NCBI GenBank assembly: GCA_902518715.1
Contig: CABYHU010000002.1
Span: forward strand, 129,821 to 193,820
Length of the DNA stretch: 64,000 bases
DNA from: an uncultured SAR86 cluster bacterium
Lineage (GTDB): Bacteria; Pseudomonadota; Gammaproteobacteria; Magnimaribacterales; D2472
Reading direction: 5' to 3'
Part shown: positions 29,573-37,741 of the stretch, piece by piece
How positions within the stretch are numbered: position 1 is the stretch's first letter
How the letters are laid out: each line of letters starts with the position of its first letter
Program-made: the position numbers and the translations under genes
Notes under the pieces: model-generated
The model's input: the letters and a program-made list of their open reading frames with translations, nothing else
What the model was told of the DNA's origin: nothing
The model's database searches: none

Positions 29573-30571
29573 TTAATTGTATCCTGCTGTTTGCGCAATA
29601 AAGACTGCATCACTTTGTATTGATCCAAGCTTATCAACCTGAATAAGGTCCTCCTTAAAATCACCCCAAGCCTCTATTACAGGATGAAGAGGAATTCCAT
29701 CAACAGTTGGATATTCTTTATTTGCTTTAGCATACATCTCCTGAGCTGTATCTGACGACAGCCACTCAAGCAATTTAATTGAAGAGCCCTTATTGTTGGA
29801 CCATTTAACAAGGCCTGCACCTGAGATATTCACATGCACACCTCTATCTTCTTGATTAGCCCAAAAAATTCCAAGGTTTTCTACTGAATTGCTTTCAATT
29901 AGCCTTGCTAGATAATAGGTATTCACAATAGTTAGGCTACAATTTCCAGCCTCAACTGCCTTTAGAACATTGGTGTCGCTAGAGAAAACTGGTTCAGCCA
30001 GATTGTTGACCCAGCCTTTTACTACTCTTTCAGTCCTTTTAGATCCATTAGCTTCAATCATGCTTGCAATTAATGATCTGTTATAAACTTTTTTTGAAGT
30101 TCTTAAGCAGAGTTTACCCTTAAACTCCCTTGTAGCTAGCGCTTCGTATGAGCTTAAATCTTGTGGGTCTATATCTGTCTTTGAGTAAACTATTGTTCTT
30201 GCTCTTTTAGAGAAGCCAAACCATTGATTATCGATGTCTCTCAAATGTTGAGGTATTCTTGAAGAAAGCACTTCTGATTCAACAGGATCGAATATTCCTT
30301 TATCTGCAGCTTGCCACAAAACGCCTGCATCCACGGTCATGAATATATCTGCATCTGTATCTACTCCTTCTACTGCAATCCTTTCCATTAACTGCTGTGC
30401 ATCTCCTGATAAAACAGTTACCTGGATTCCTGTTTCTTCAGTAAAAACATCTAAGAGATTTTCTATTAGCTGTGGTTGACGAGAGGTGTAAATAACAACC
30501 TCATCATCATTTGCTTGCTCAAAAGAGCATGACGATATGAGTATGGTTAAAGCTAGAATATAATTTTTCAT
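29573..30571 (-). CDS. Fe(3+) ABC-transporter periplasmic substrate-binding lipoprotein (FbpA/AfuA-like)
   Basis: Lipobox LISSCS. SBP fold with VVIYTSRQ and the YY in TYYLAR, typical of ferric-binding proteins. A Fur box lies directly upstream. Confidence 0.8.
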   Translation of the reverse strand: MKNYILALTILISSCSFEQANDDEVVIYTSRQPQLIENLLDVFTEETGIQVTVLSGDAQQLMERIAVEGVDTDADIFMTVDAGVLWQAADKGIFDPVESEVLSSRIPQHLRDIDNQWFGFSKRARTIVYSKTDIDPQDLSSYEALATREFKGKLCLRTSKKVYNRSLIASMIEANGSKRTERVVKGWVNNLAEPVFSSDTNVLKAVEAGNCSLTIVNTYYLARLIESNSVENLGIFWANQEDRGVHVNISGAGLVKWSNNKGSSIKLLEWLSSDTAQEMYAKANKEYPTVDGIPLHPVIEAWGDFKEDLIQVDKLGSIQSDAVFIAQTAGYN

Positions 30572-30582
30572 GCACCCATTCT

Positions 30583-30605
30583 AAATGATAATGATTATCA
30601 TTTAA
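30583..30605 (-). promoter_or_regulatory. Fur box upstream of the ferric-binding protein gene
   Basis: GATAATGATTATCATTTAA (30587-30605) matches the 19-bp Fur consensus GATAATGATAATCATTATC at 15/19 positions. It forms an inverted repeat, AAATGATAAT / ATTATCATTT, centred about 25 nt upstream of the ATG at 30571. Confidence 0.85.
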
Positions 30606-30619
30606 ACAAGAATGCTATA

Positions 30620-31747
30620 TTACTTTATTGGGCCAGAAGCTGCTTTAACAAAGAAAGATTTTAGAAATTTAGACTGATTAAAAGCATTTAATCCAAAATT
30701 TCTTAAAAATCTTATATATGGATTTCTTTCATTAAATAATGCTACAAATCCATCCATGGTTTTAAGCATAATTTCATTCTGTAGTCTTCTTTCGTTTGAG
30801 TAGGCATTCAAACTTTCTTTAAAATTTATAGTATCTGAATCATTAGTTTTGATAATCTTCTTAACTAAGGAGTTTGCATCCTCAAATCCAAGGTTTATTC
30901 CTTGGCCCGCAAGGGGATGGATAGAATGAGCAGAATCACCAACTAGTACAACCGGAAAATCTATATAACTCGATCTATTATGTGATGATAATTTAAAGCT
31001 TTGGACTTTAGACCTTATTTGAAAACTATTTCCTATTTTTCTAGAGATCTTTTCTAGATTCTCCTCAATAAAATCTTCATATCCATTCTCGATAAGATCA
31101 TCTGATATTGACCAAACAACGGTAACGAAATCCTCCCCACTTTTTTTTGTTGGCATAAAAGCACAAATACCATTGTCTGAGAAAATCTGAAAAGCGCTCA
31201 TGTTCATATCTTTTTCAGCAGAAGCTAAGAAAGTTAAAGCTGTTTGAAAGTAATCCTTATCTGATTTAGGAATTTTATTTGCTAGCTTCGAGTTTTTACC
31301 GTCTGAAGAAATTATAAGATTTGTTTTAATGACCTTTCCACTCGATAAAGTTACTTCATTAAGGTCACCTTTATTATCAATATCAATAATTTCCTCTTTA
31401 TATAGGATTTTTTCACTTGCTTTTTTTCGGACCGCCATTAAGAGAGTGGCAAAATCTGATACATAGGCGAGATGATCCATCCCTATCTCTCTACTTTTAA
31501 AAACTATTTTTCCAGTACCATCAAAGTCTTTGACTTCCATTTTATTGATCATCGAGTAATCATTTTCAATGCCTATCTTGTCTAAAAGATTTTTTGAGAA
31601 GGGATTTAATGTGATGGTCCTAACAGAATCTTCAACCTCATCATCTTTTTTTTCCAATACTATAGAGTCGATGCCTTGAAGGCTCAGGGCACAAGAAATA
31701 TAACATCCTAGGATTCCAGCTCCAGATATTACAATTGGTTGTTGCAT
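30620..31747 (-). CDS. ubiH: FAD-dependent ubiquinone-biosynthesis hydroxylase (UbiH/UbiF/UbiI family)
   Basis: N-terminal GxGxxG (ISGAGILG) and the conserved GDSAHSIHPLAGQGINLGFEDA block. It lies immediately downstream of pepP, as in E. coli pepP-ubiH. Confidence 0.8.
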   Translation of the reverse strand: MQQPIVISGAGILGCYISCALSLQGIDSIVLEKKDDEVEDSVRTITLNPFSKNLLDKIGIENDYSMINKMEVKDFDGTGKIVFKSREIGMDHLAYVSDFATLLMAVRKKASEKILYKEEIIDIDNKGDLNEVTLSSGKVIKTNLIISSDGKNSKLANKIPKSDKDYFQTALTFLASAEKDMNMSAFQIFSDNGICAFMPTKKSGEDFVTVVWSISDDLIENGYEDFIEENLEKISRKIGNSFQIRSKVQSFKLSSHNRSSYIDFPVVLVGDSAHSIHPLAGQGINLGFEDANSLVKKIIKTNDSDTINFKESLNAYSNERRLQNEIMLKTMDGFVALFNERNPYIRFLRNFGLNAFNQSKFLKSFFVKAASGPIK

Positions 31748-33042
31748 TAAGATTCTTGCATCAAGGATTCGATTTCAGCAGGATCAGTTGGAACAGTGTC
31801 AGTTAAGTTTTTATTACCATCTTTAGTAACCAAAACATCATCTTCGATTCTAATACCTATACCCTTCCACTTATTATCAACGTCTGAAGTGGAACTTATA
31901 TAAATACCTGGCTCAATTGTTGTAATCATGCCTTCATCAAACTTAATGAATTCTCCATCGTGCATATAATCACCTACGTCATGCACATCCATTCCCATCC
32001 AGTGACCAATTTTATGCATATAAAAATCTTTAAATGATCCTTTTTCATGCTCTTCTTCAAGATTCCCTTTGATTATCCCAAGGTCTATTAGTCCCTCAGT
32101 TATAACTTTCTCAGATATTGTTTGAGGGTCCATAACTCCATTACCCTTTCTGACAGCATCAACTGATGCTTTTTGTGCTTCAAGCACAATATTATAAATC
32201 TGAAGCTGTTCATCACTGAACTTTCCATTTACTGGGAATGTTCTTGTTATATCGGAAGCATACATCTCATATTCGCAGCCTGCATCAACAAGGAGCAAAT
32301 CACCATCATTGATTACTTGATTGTTTTCAACATAATGTAAAACACATGCGTTTTCTCCTGATGCAACTATTGGATTATAGGCTGGAAATCTTCCACCATT
32401 TTTAGCAAACTCATATAGGTAAAAAGCTTCAACTTCAGCTTCATTCATACCAGGTTTAACGAACTTCATTGCTTCCAAGTGAGCATTTGCAGAGATTTCG
32501 CATGCTTTTTCAATAATATTTATCTCGGAGCTATCTTTTATAAGTCTTTTATTGCCAATAATTTTTGAGATATCTGCGATCTCCATTTTTTTTGAGTGGC
32601 GATCTTTGCTATTAGCTTTTTTAGTCCACTTAATTACCTTTTGATCAAAGCCCTCAACCTTACCAAATGGATAATATACACAGCTCACACCATCCAATAA
32701 GTCTGGTAAAAGCTCGTCTATCTCATCATTATTAAATGCATCATTAAAACCGAAATCTGACTTCATGCCCTCAGGGCCATGCCTAAAGCCATCCCAAATT
32801 TCTTTTAGTTTGTCTTTTTTGGGAACAAAACCTATAGAGTTAGTCTTTCCAGATTTGTTAATAATCATCAATGTTGAGTCTGGTTCATTAAATCCACTTA
32901 AATAGTAAAAATTACTATCCTGCCTAAATGGATAAGCAGTATCATTACTTCTGTTAGCTAAAACTGATCCAGGAATAATTACAGCAATATCTCCACTGAG
33001 ATTTTCTGTTAATTTTAGTCTTCTTTCCTTGTAAATCTTCAT
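31747..33042 (-). CDS. pepP: Xaa-Pro aminopeptidase
   Basis: M24B pita-bread motifs (DAGCEY, HKIGHWMGMDVHD, GIRIEDDVLVT) and an N-terminal AMP_N domain. Confidence 0.92.
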   Translation of the reverse strand: MKIYKERRLKLTENLSGDIAVIIPGSVLANRSNDTAYPFRQDSNFYYLSGFNEPDSTLMIINKSGKTNSIGFVPKKDKLKEIWDGFRHGPEGMKSDFGFNDAFNNDEIDELLPDLLDGVSCVYYPFGKVEGFDQKVIKWTKKANSKDRHSKKMEIADISKIIGNKRLIKDSSEINIIEKACEISANAHLEAMKFVKPGMNEAEVEAFYLYEFAKNGGRFPAYNPIVASGENACVLHYVENNQVINDGDLLLVDAGCEYEMYASDITRTFPVNGKFSDEQLQIYNIVLEAQKASVDAVRKGNGVMDPQTISEKVITEGLIDLGIIKGNLEEEHEKGSFKDFYMHKIGHWMGMDVHDVGDYMHDGEFIKFDEGMITTIEPGIYISSTSDVDNKWKGIGIRIEDDVLVTKDGNKNLTDTVPTDPAEIESLMQES

Positions 33043-33063
33043 ATCTTTATTTTACTCTCTTAT

Positions 33064-33093
33064 TTGGAAGTTCCCAATTTTATAAGCTAGAAT
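33064..33093 (+). promoter_or_regulatory. Candidate sigma70 promoter for the zapA-ssrS-ygfA unit
   Basis: TTGGAA (33064-33069), an 18-nt spacer, then TAGAAT (33088-33093), 12 nt before the first ATG. Sequence-only. Confidence 0.35.
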
Positions 33094-33104
33094 TAATCTA
33101 GTTT

Positions 33105-33311
33105 ATGGCCAAAGATCTAAATAAGAATGTTTTAGAAGAACTCAATAAAAAAGTTGATGTTCTTCTTAAAAAATTTAGTGAGCAAAAAGGTATTATCGAC
33201 GGATATGTCAAAAGAGAAAGGGATTGGAAGAAAAATAAAACCCTTAATCTAAAGAAAATAAAAGATTTAGAATTTGAGCTAAAAAAAATTGCTTCAGAGA
33301 ATAATGGCTGA
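33105..33311 (+). CDS. Small coiled-coil protein (ZapB-like protein commonly found just upstream of zapA)
   Basis: 68 aa, heptad-like and K/E/L-rich throughout. Its position and its overlap with the zapA start are the main evidence. No catalytic motif. Confidence 0.55.
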   Translation: MAKDLNKNVLEELNKKVDVLLKKFSEQKGIIDGYVKRERDWKKNKTLNLKKIKDLEFELKKIASENNG

Positions 33312-33564
33312 AATTGAAAGAGTTTCCCTAAGAGTTTTTGGAAGAGATATAACTCTTGCATGTCCCTCTGATGAGAAAGATGCTCTCTTGTCTGCAGCTG
33401 AGCTTCTTAATGAAGAGCTAAATGGGATTTCAGATAAAGAAAATGCTTTAATCCTTGCTGGACTGAATCTTGCAAATAAATGTCTTAACCCTTCAGGTGA
33501 ATCTATAAATATTGAAGGTTTAGATCTTCTTTTAGAAAAAGTTGATAAAGCTTTAAAAACATAG
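33304..33564 (+). CDS. zapA: Cell division protein ZapA
   Basis: VSLRVFGRDITLACPSDEKDALLSAAELLNEEL is the typical ZapA N-terminal block. I prefer the ATG at 33304 (MAEIERV...), which overlaps the upstream stop, over the TTG at 33289 in the ORF track. Confidence 0.85.
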   Translation: MAEIERVSLRVFGRDITLACPSDEKDALLSAAELLNEELNGISDKENALILAGLNLANKCLNPSGESINIEGLDLLLEKVDKALKT

Positions 33565-33595
33565 TTCTCGATAATTAATAAATAACTTATACTAA

Positions 33596-33780
33596 GTGCA
33601 TACTGGTTCATTCGTTTATATATAAGTTATTTTTTGAACCTATAATTTTTAATAAGGTGATTTTCCTCTGTTAATGTTGTGCATTACCTTTTTTTAAGAG
33701 AAGCCTGATTTAGCATGATATTCACCACCTGGACAACGGGTTCGGGGATTATATGTGACGGTGAATCGGTTCTATGCCTC
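33596..33780 (+). ncRNA. ssrS: 6S RNA
   Basis: Classic zapA-ssrS-ygfA position. Blocks resembling E. coli 6S are GAGAAGCC (33698-33705), AUUCACC (33720-33726) and GGGUUC (33738-33743). A long closing helix can be drawn by hand: 33598-33602/33773-33777, 33605-33609/33763-33767, 33616-33625/33749-33758 and 33631-33641/33738-33748. The ends are approximate (+/- 5 nt). Confidence 0.8.
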
Positions 33781-33793
33781 CGTACTGAATGCT

Positions 33794-34357
33794 GTGAAAG
33801 AAGATATTCGAAGATCACTTTTAAAACGGAGGCGATCTCTTTCCAAAGAAGAACTGAAGCAAGTCTCTTATGAAATTAATACTCATTTAATAAATGAAAT
33901 CCAAAACAGAGATTTAAAAAAAATTCTTGTCTATCAATCCATCGATAATGAGCCTTCAATTGAGCAAACCACTGAATTAGCATGGCAAAAAGATATTGAA
34001 GTTTATATTCCAAAAGTTACATCAAAAGAAAAAATAATAATTAATAGATTAAGGAAAAGTTCTAGTTATTCAAAAAATAAATTTGGTATCAAGGAGAGTA
34101 ATGACTTAGGCACTGTTGAATTAGATGAAATTAGCCTTGCAGTATTGCCGTTGGTAGGTATTGATATAAATGGATTTAGGCTTGGATATGGAGGTGGATA
34201 CTACGATAGGTTCTTTAATCAGGAGAGTGAGTTGAACAGAAAACCATTTATAATAGGTGTGGGTTATGCATTTCAAGTTTTAGAAGTCAGTTTTGCTGAA
34301 GACCATGACCTTAAATGTGACTCAGTTATAACTGAAAAGGGAGTTTTAAAATTTTAA
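33794..34357 (+). CDS. ygfA: 5-formyltetrahydrofolate cyclo-ligase
   Basis: GYGGGYYDR motif and an N-terminal IRRSLLKRRRSL, like E. coli YgfA, which begins MIRQRRRAL. The GTG at 33794 is preferred because the ORF-track start (33755) lies inside the 3' arm of the 6S RNA closing helix. The exact start remains uncertain. Confidence 0.8.
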   Translation: MKEDIRRSLLKRRRSLSKEELKQVSYEINTHLINEIQNRDLKKILVYQSIDNEPSIEQTTELAWQKDIEVYIPKVTSKEKIIINRLRKSSSYSKNKFGIKESNDLGTVELDEISLAVLPLVGIDINGFRLGYGGGYYDRFFNQESELNRKPFIIGVGYAFQVLEVSFAEDHDLKCDSVITEKGVLKF

Positions 34358-36627
34358 GATTATTTTTATTAACTTTTTTTTGCATAACTTACGTTAATGC
34401 AATTGATGTTGATGGTGTCCTTGATGAGAAGGAGTGGGATAGTGCTCAACAGATATCAGACTTTACAACCATAGTTCCATATAATTTTGAGAATCCTAAA
34501 TATCGTACTAATGTAAAAATCTTTACCAATCAAGATGGAATTTATGTAGGTTTTATCAATGAACAAGATAATGAGACTATAAGATCTTTTAACCATATCC
34601 GTGATGACTGGGATGATAGAGGAGATAAGAATTCATTCACAATTGATTTTGATGGCAATTCTAAAGTTGCATATGGATTTACTGTATCGCTTGGAGACTC
34701 CCTTGCAGATGCAACATATACAAATGGTAATAGTGAGAGCAAAGATTGGGATGGTGATTGGATAGCAAGAACATTTAAAGGTGATAATTTTTGGAGCTCT
34801 GAATTTTTTATACCTTGGACAGTAGTGCCAATACAAAAAGTAGATGGACCAAAAAGGAATGTAAAATTTATTGCATTTCGATGGTTAGCTAGTGATGAAT
34901 ATGGCTTTGGTTCAACAAAAACAAATTGGGAAAGAGAAACTTTTATATATGATCTTGAAGATCTTGTAATTGATAATTATCAGTCCAAAAAATATAGTTA
35001 TTTCCCTTATCTAACGGTTGCGGAAGACTCTGTAACAAATGAATCGATTCAAAAAGCTGGAATAGATATTTTTTTAAATCATGGTGATGGAAGCCAAACA
35101 AACATAGCTATTAATCCAGACTTTGGTCAGGTTGAGACGGATCAAGTTGTAGTTAATTTCAGTGCAATTGAGACCTTTTTCTCCGAAAAAAGAGCATTCT
35201 TTACCGAAAATCACTCCTTATTTGAAGTCAAGGGTGGAAGAGATGATTTTTACGTCATTAATACAAGAAGAATAGGAGGAAGACCGGATTATGATTGTAG
35301 TCGTTTTGAGCAATCTGATATTTGTGAAAACAACAGAAAAGAATATTCTGATTTAGATCTTGCTTTGAGGCACACAATTCAAAAAGAAAAAGTTGATTTA
35401 GGATTCTTAGCTGCAAGTGAAAGTGATGAAAATTTCTCAAAAGGAAGGGATTATTTTGCATTTAGAGTAAGGTCAAATAGTCCTCAAAATAAAGTTGGTT
35501 TTTTAGCAACTAAAACTAAGAGTAATTTTTTTAATGAAAGTTCAGATGTATATTCTCTTGATATAGAGAATACAGCAGTAAAGAATACACAGATTTCTGG
35601 ATACTTATTGAATTCTAGGAAAGAAAACTCTACAGGCCATGGATTTAGGTTTGATATTAAATATATTCCAAATGATAAATATGAAAATACTGTAGGCTTT
35701 CACTATTTTGATAAAGATCTTGATCTAAATGATATGGGCTATCTTCAGAGAAATGACCAAATCAAGTTTTATAACAGATTTGAGTTTGACAGAAACTCAT
35801 ATCCAAAAGAATCATTGCTTAGAAGTAGAGATAGTCATATATCTATCTTCCAAACAATGACAACAGATGGAAAGAAGTCTCCAAAAGGAGTTTGGACTAA
35901 GACCGAGCTGTCTTTCAAATCAAATTTCAATATTGATTTATCTATGTCTGCAAAAACTGAAGGTAAAGATACTAATATTACAAGAAAATACATAGGCTCA
36001 CCCTATATCCAAATTATGGATGAGGTGAGTTTTAATGCCGGTTTTGGATCTCCCAAATATAAAAACTTCTCTTTTGGTGCAGGTTTTGGATTTAACAAAT
36101 ATTCTCCATATTCTTCTTGGGATTCTGATGGAAGAAATAATAAAAGTAAGAGGTTTAATATAAATTATTTCCCTAATGATCAGCTTCAGTTTAGTTTTGG
36201 TGTGGATGATTCAAAAGAAGAGGAATGGTTAAAGTGGATTGATACTAATAGACTAGGATCATTTACTAAAAACAGAAGAAATATTAATTTTGGTATGACC
36301 TACTTTCAGGGTACAAGACATGAATTTAGGCTTAAAAATCAATCGGTGATGATTAAAGCCGAAGATCCAACTCCATTAATAAGCTCACTTTCAGGGCAAT
36401 TAAGTGAATCTGATTATTTGATTGACCCTTTTTATGTTTCTGAAAACTCCCTTCAGATGAGATATCGTTATGAAATATCTCCTCTTTCCTATTTCTATTT
36501 AGTTTATACAAGGGGATATAGTTTTTTTGACGACTCTGACACGTTCACTTATGAAGATCTTTACCAAGATTCTTGGGAAAATCCTTCCAATGAAGTTTTT
36601 ACTTTAAAAGTTAGATTTAAATTTTAA
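34351..36627 (+). CDS. Secreted DUF5916 / CBM9-like domain protein (probable outer-membrane or periplasmic), extended 158 codons upstream of the ORF-track call; putative AUU start
   Basis: The same frame is open from the stop at 34333-34335. Codons 34351-34401 encode a signal peptide ([I/M]LRLFLLTFFCITYVNA | IDVDGVLDEKEW). An SD AAGGGAG (34337-34343) lies 7 nt before ATT 34351. There is no ATG/GTG/TTG in frame before 34825. C-terminal beta-rich repeats end in F, as in OM beta-barrels. Confidence 0.65.
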   Translation: MLRLFLLTFFCITYVNAIDVDGVLDEKEWDSAQQISDFTTIVPYNFENPKYRTNVKIFTNQDGIYVGFINEQDNETIRSFNHIRDDWDDRGDKNSFTIDFDGNSKVAYGFTVSLGDSLADATYTNGNSESKDWDGDWIARTFKGDNFWSSEFFIPWTVVPIQKVDGPKRNVKFIAFRWLASDEYGFGSTKTNWERETFIYDLEDLVIDNYQSKKYSYFPYLTVAEDSVTNESIQKAGIDIFLNHGDGSQTNIAINPDFGQVETDQVVVNFSAIETFFSEKRAFFTENHSLFEVKGGRDDFYVINTRRIGGRPDYDCSRFEQSDICENNRKEYSDLDLALRHTIQKEKVDLGFLAASESDENFSKGRDYFAFRVRSNSPQNKVGFLATKTKSNFFNESSDVYSLDIENTAVKNTQISGYLLNSRKENSTGHGFRFDIKYIPNDKYENTVGFHYFDKDLDLNDMGYLQRNDQIKFYNRFEFDRNSYPKESLLRSRDSHISIFQTMTTDGKKSPKGVWTKTELSFKSNFNIDLSMSAKTEGKDTNITRKYIGSPYIQIMDEVSFNAGFGSPKYKNFSFGAGFGFNKYSPYSSWDSDGRNNKSKRFNINYFPNDQLQFSFGVDDSKEEEWLKWIDTNRLGSFTKNRRNINFGMTYFQGTRHEFRLKNQSVMIKAEDPTPLISSLSGQLSESDYLIDPFYVSENSLQMRYRYEISPLSYFYLVYTRGYSFFDDSDTFTYEDLYQDSWENPSNEVFTLKVRFKF

Positions 36628-37741
36628 GCTTCTGAACAAAAAGTCTTATATCTTTTTCTAAAGTCTCAGGCTTTTCAAGGGCTGCAAAATGACCTCCATC
36701 ATAATGCTCCCAATGGATAAGGTTGTATATTTCTTCTGCCCAAGCTTTAGGCGGGAGCATGATCTCATTTTTAAAAAGTGCGCAGCCAGTGGGTACTTCA
36801 ACTTTTGATTTTGAAAACCCTTCCCTTCCATTCTCGTTATAAAGTCTCATTGAGGAAGTTATTGATTCTGAAAACCAATATAAAGAAACTATAGAAAGGA
36901 CATCTTCCAGACTTACGATTAATTTATCTCTCTCATCATCAGTCCAAGAATGAAACTTCTCAATAATCCATCCCGCTAAACCAACAGGAGAATCGTTAAG
37001 TGAGTATCCAAGAGTCTGCGGCTTAGTTCTTTGAATTTCAAAATATCCACTTCCTAACTCTAAGTATTTAGCATATCTTCCAAGCAAAACTTTTTCCTGA
37101 TCTGTGACTCCCTCCATGGGATCATCTTTTTCAGGTGGAAAAGCGATAACTAAATTTAAATGCAGGCCCAGCACTTCATTGGGGAAAAGTTCAGCAGACC
37201 ATTTGCTCACTGTTGAACCCCAATCACCACCCTGAACTAGATACTTTTTATATCCAAGAGCTGTCATAAGCTCGTGATTAATTTCAGCTATCTTTTTTGA
37301 GTCATGGCCTTTTTGACTAGGCTTATCTGAAAAACCATACCCTGGCATGGATGGACAGACAACATCAAAGCTCAGACCATCTTTATCCTTATTAAGTAAA
37401 GGGATTATTTTAAAAAATTCCTGAATACTCCCAGGCCATCCATGGGTTATTATGATTGGTATTGAATTTTCAGAATCCGATTTTGAATGAATAAAGTGTA
37501 TCTCTAGATCATCCTTTGTCTTAAATTTATAACTTCCAAAATCATTTATTTGTTTCTCATGTATCTTCCAATCAAAGTCATTTCTCCAATACTGGACAGC
37601 GTCTTTTAAAAAACTTTTCTTAGTTCCAAGAGTCCAAATCTCATCATTAACCTCATCGGGCCATCTGGTAAGATCTATTCTTTTATGAAGATCATCTATT
37701 TTGGACTCATCTACTGAAACCTTGAATTCTCTGATAGTCAT
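36617..37741 (-). CDS. Epoxide hydrolase (microsomal-EH-like, EHN domain plus alpha/beta fold)
   Basis: HGWPGS oxyanion motif, nucleophile elbow GGDWGS and an N-terminal EHN region (RWPDE). Confidence 0.85.
   Translation of the reverse strand: MTIREFKVSVDESKIDDLHKRIDLTRWPDEVNDEIWTLGTKKSFLKDAVQYWRNDFDWKIHEKQINDFGSYKFKTKDDLEIHFIHSKSDSENSIPIIITHGWPGSIQEFFKIIPLLNKDKDGLSFDVVCPSMPGYGFSDKPSQKGHDSKKIAEINHELMTALGYKKYLVQGGDWGSTVSKWSAELFPNEVLGLHLNLVIAFPPEKDDPMEGVTDQEKVLLGRYAKYLELGSGYFEIQRTKPQTLGYSLNDSPVGLAGWIIEKFHSWTDDERDKLIVSLEDVLSIVSLYWFSESITSSMRLYNENGREGFSKSKVEVPTGCALFKNEIMLPPKAWAEEIYNLIHWEHYDGGHFAALEKPETLEKDIRLFVQKLKI

Noticed and set aside
33755-33793. ORF-track GTG start (33755) for the 5-formyl-THF cyclo-ligase
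   Set aside because: These codons fall inside the 3' arm of the 6S RNA closing helix and add an N-terminal extension not seen in E. coli YgfA. A downstream GTG (33794) is more plausible.
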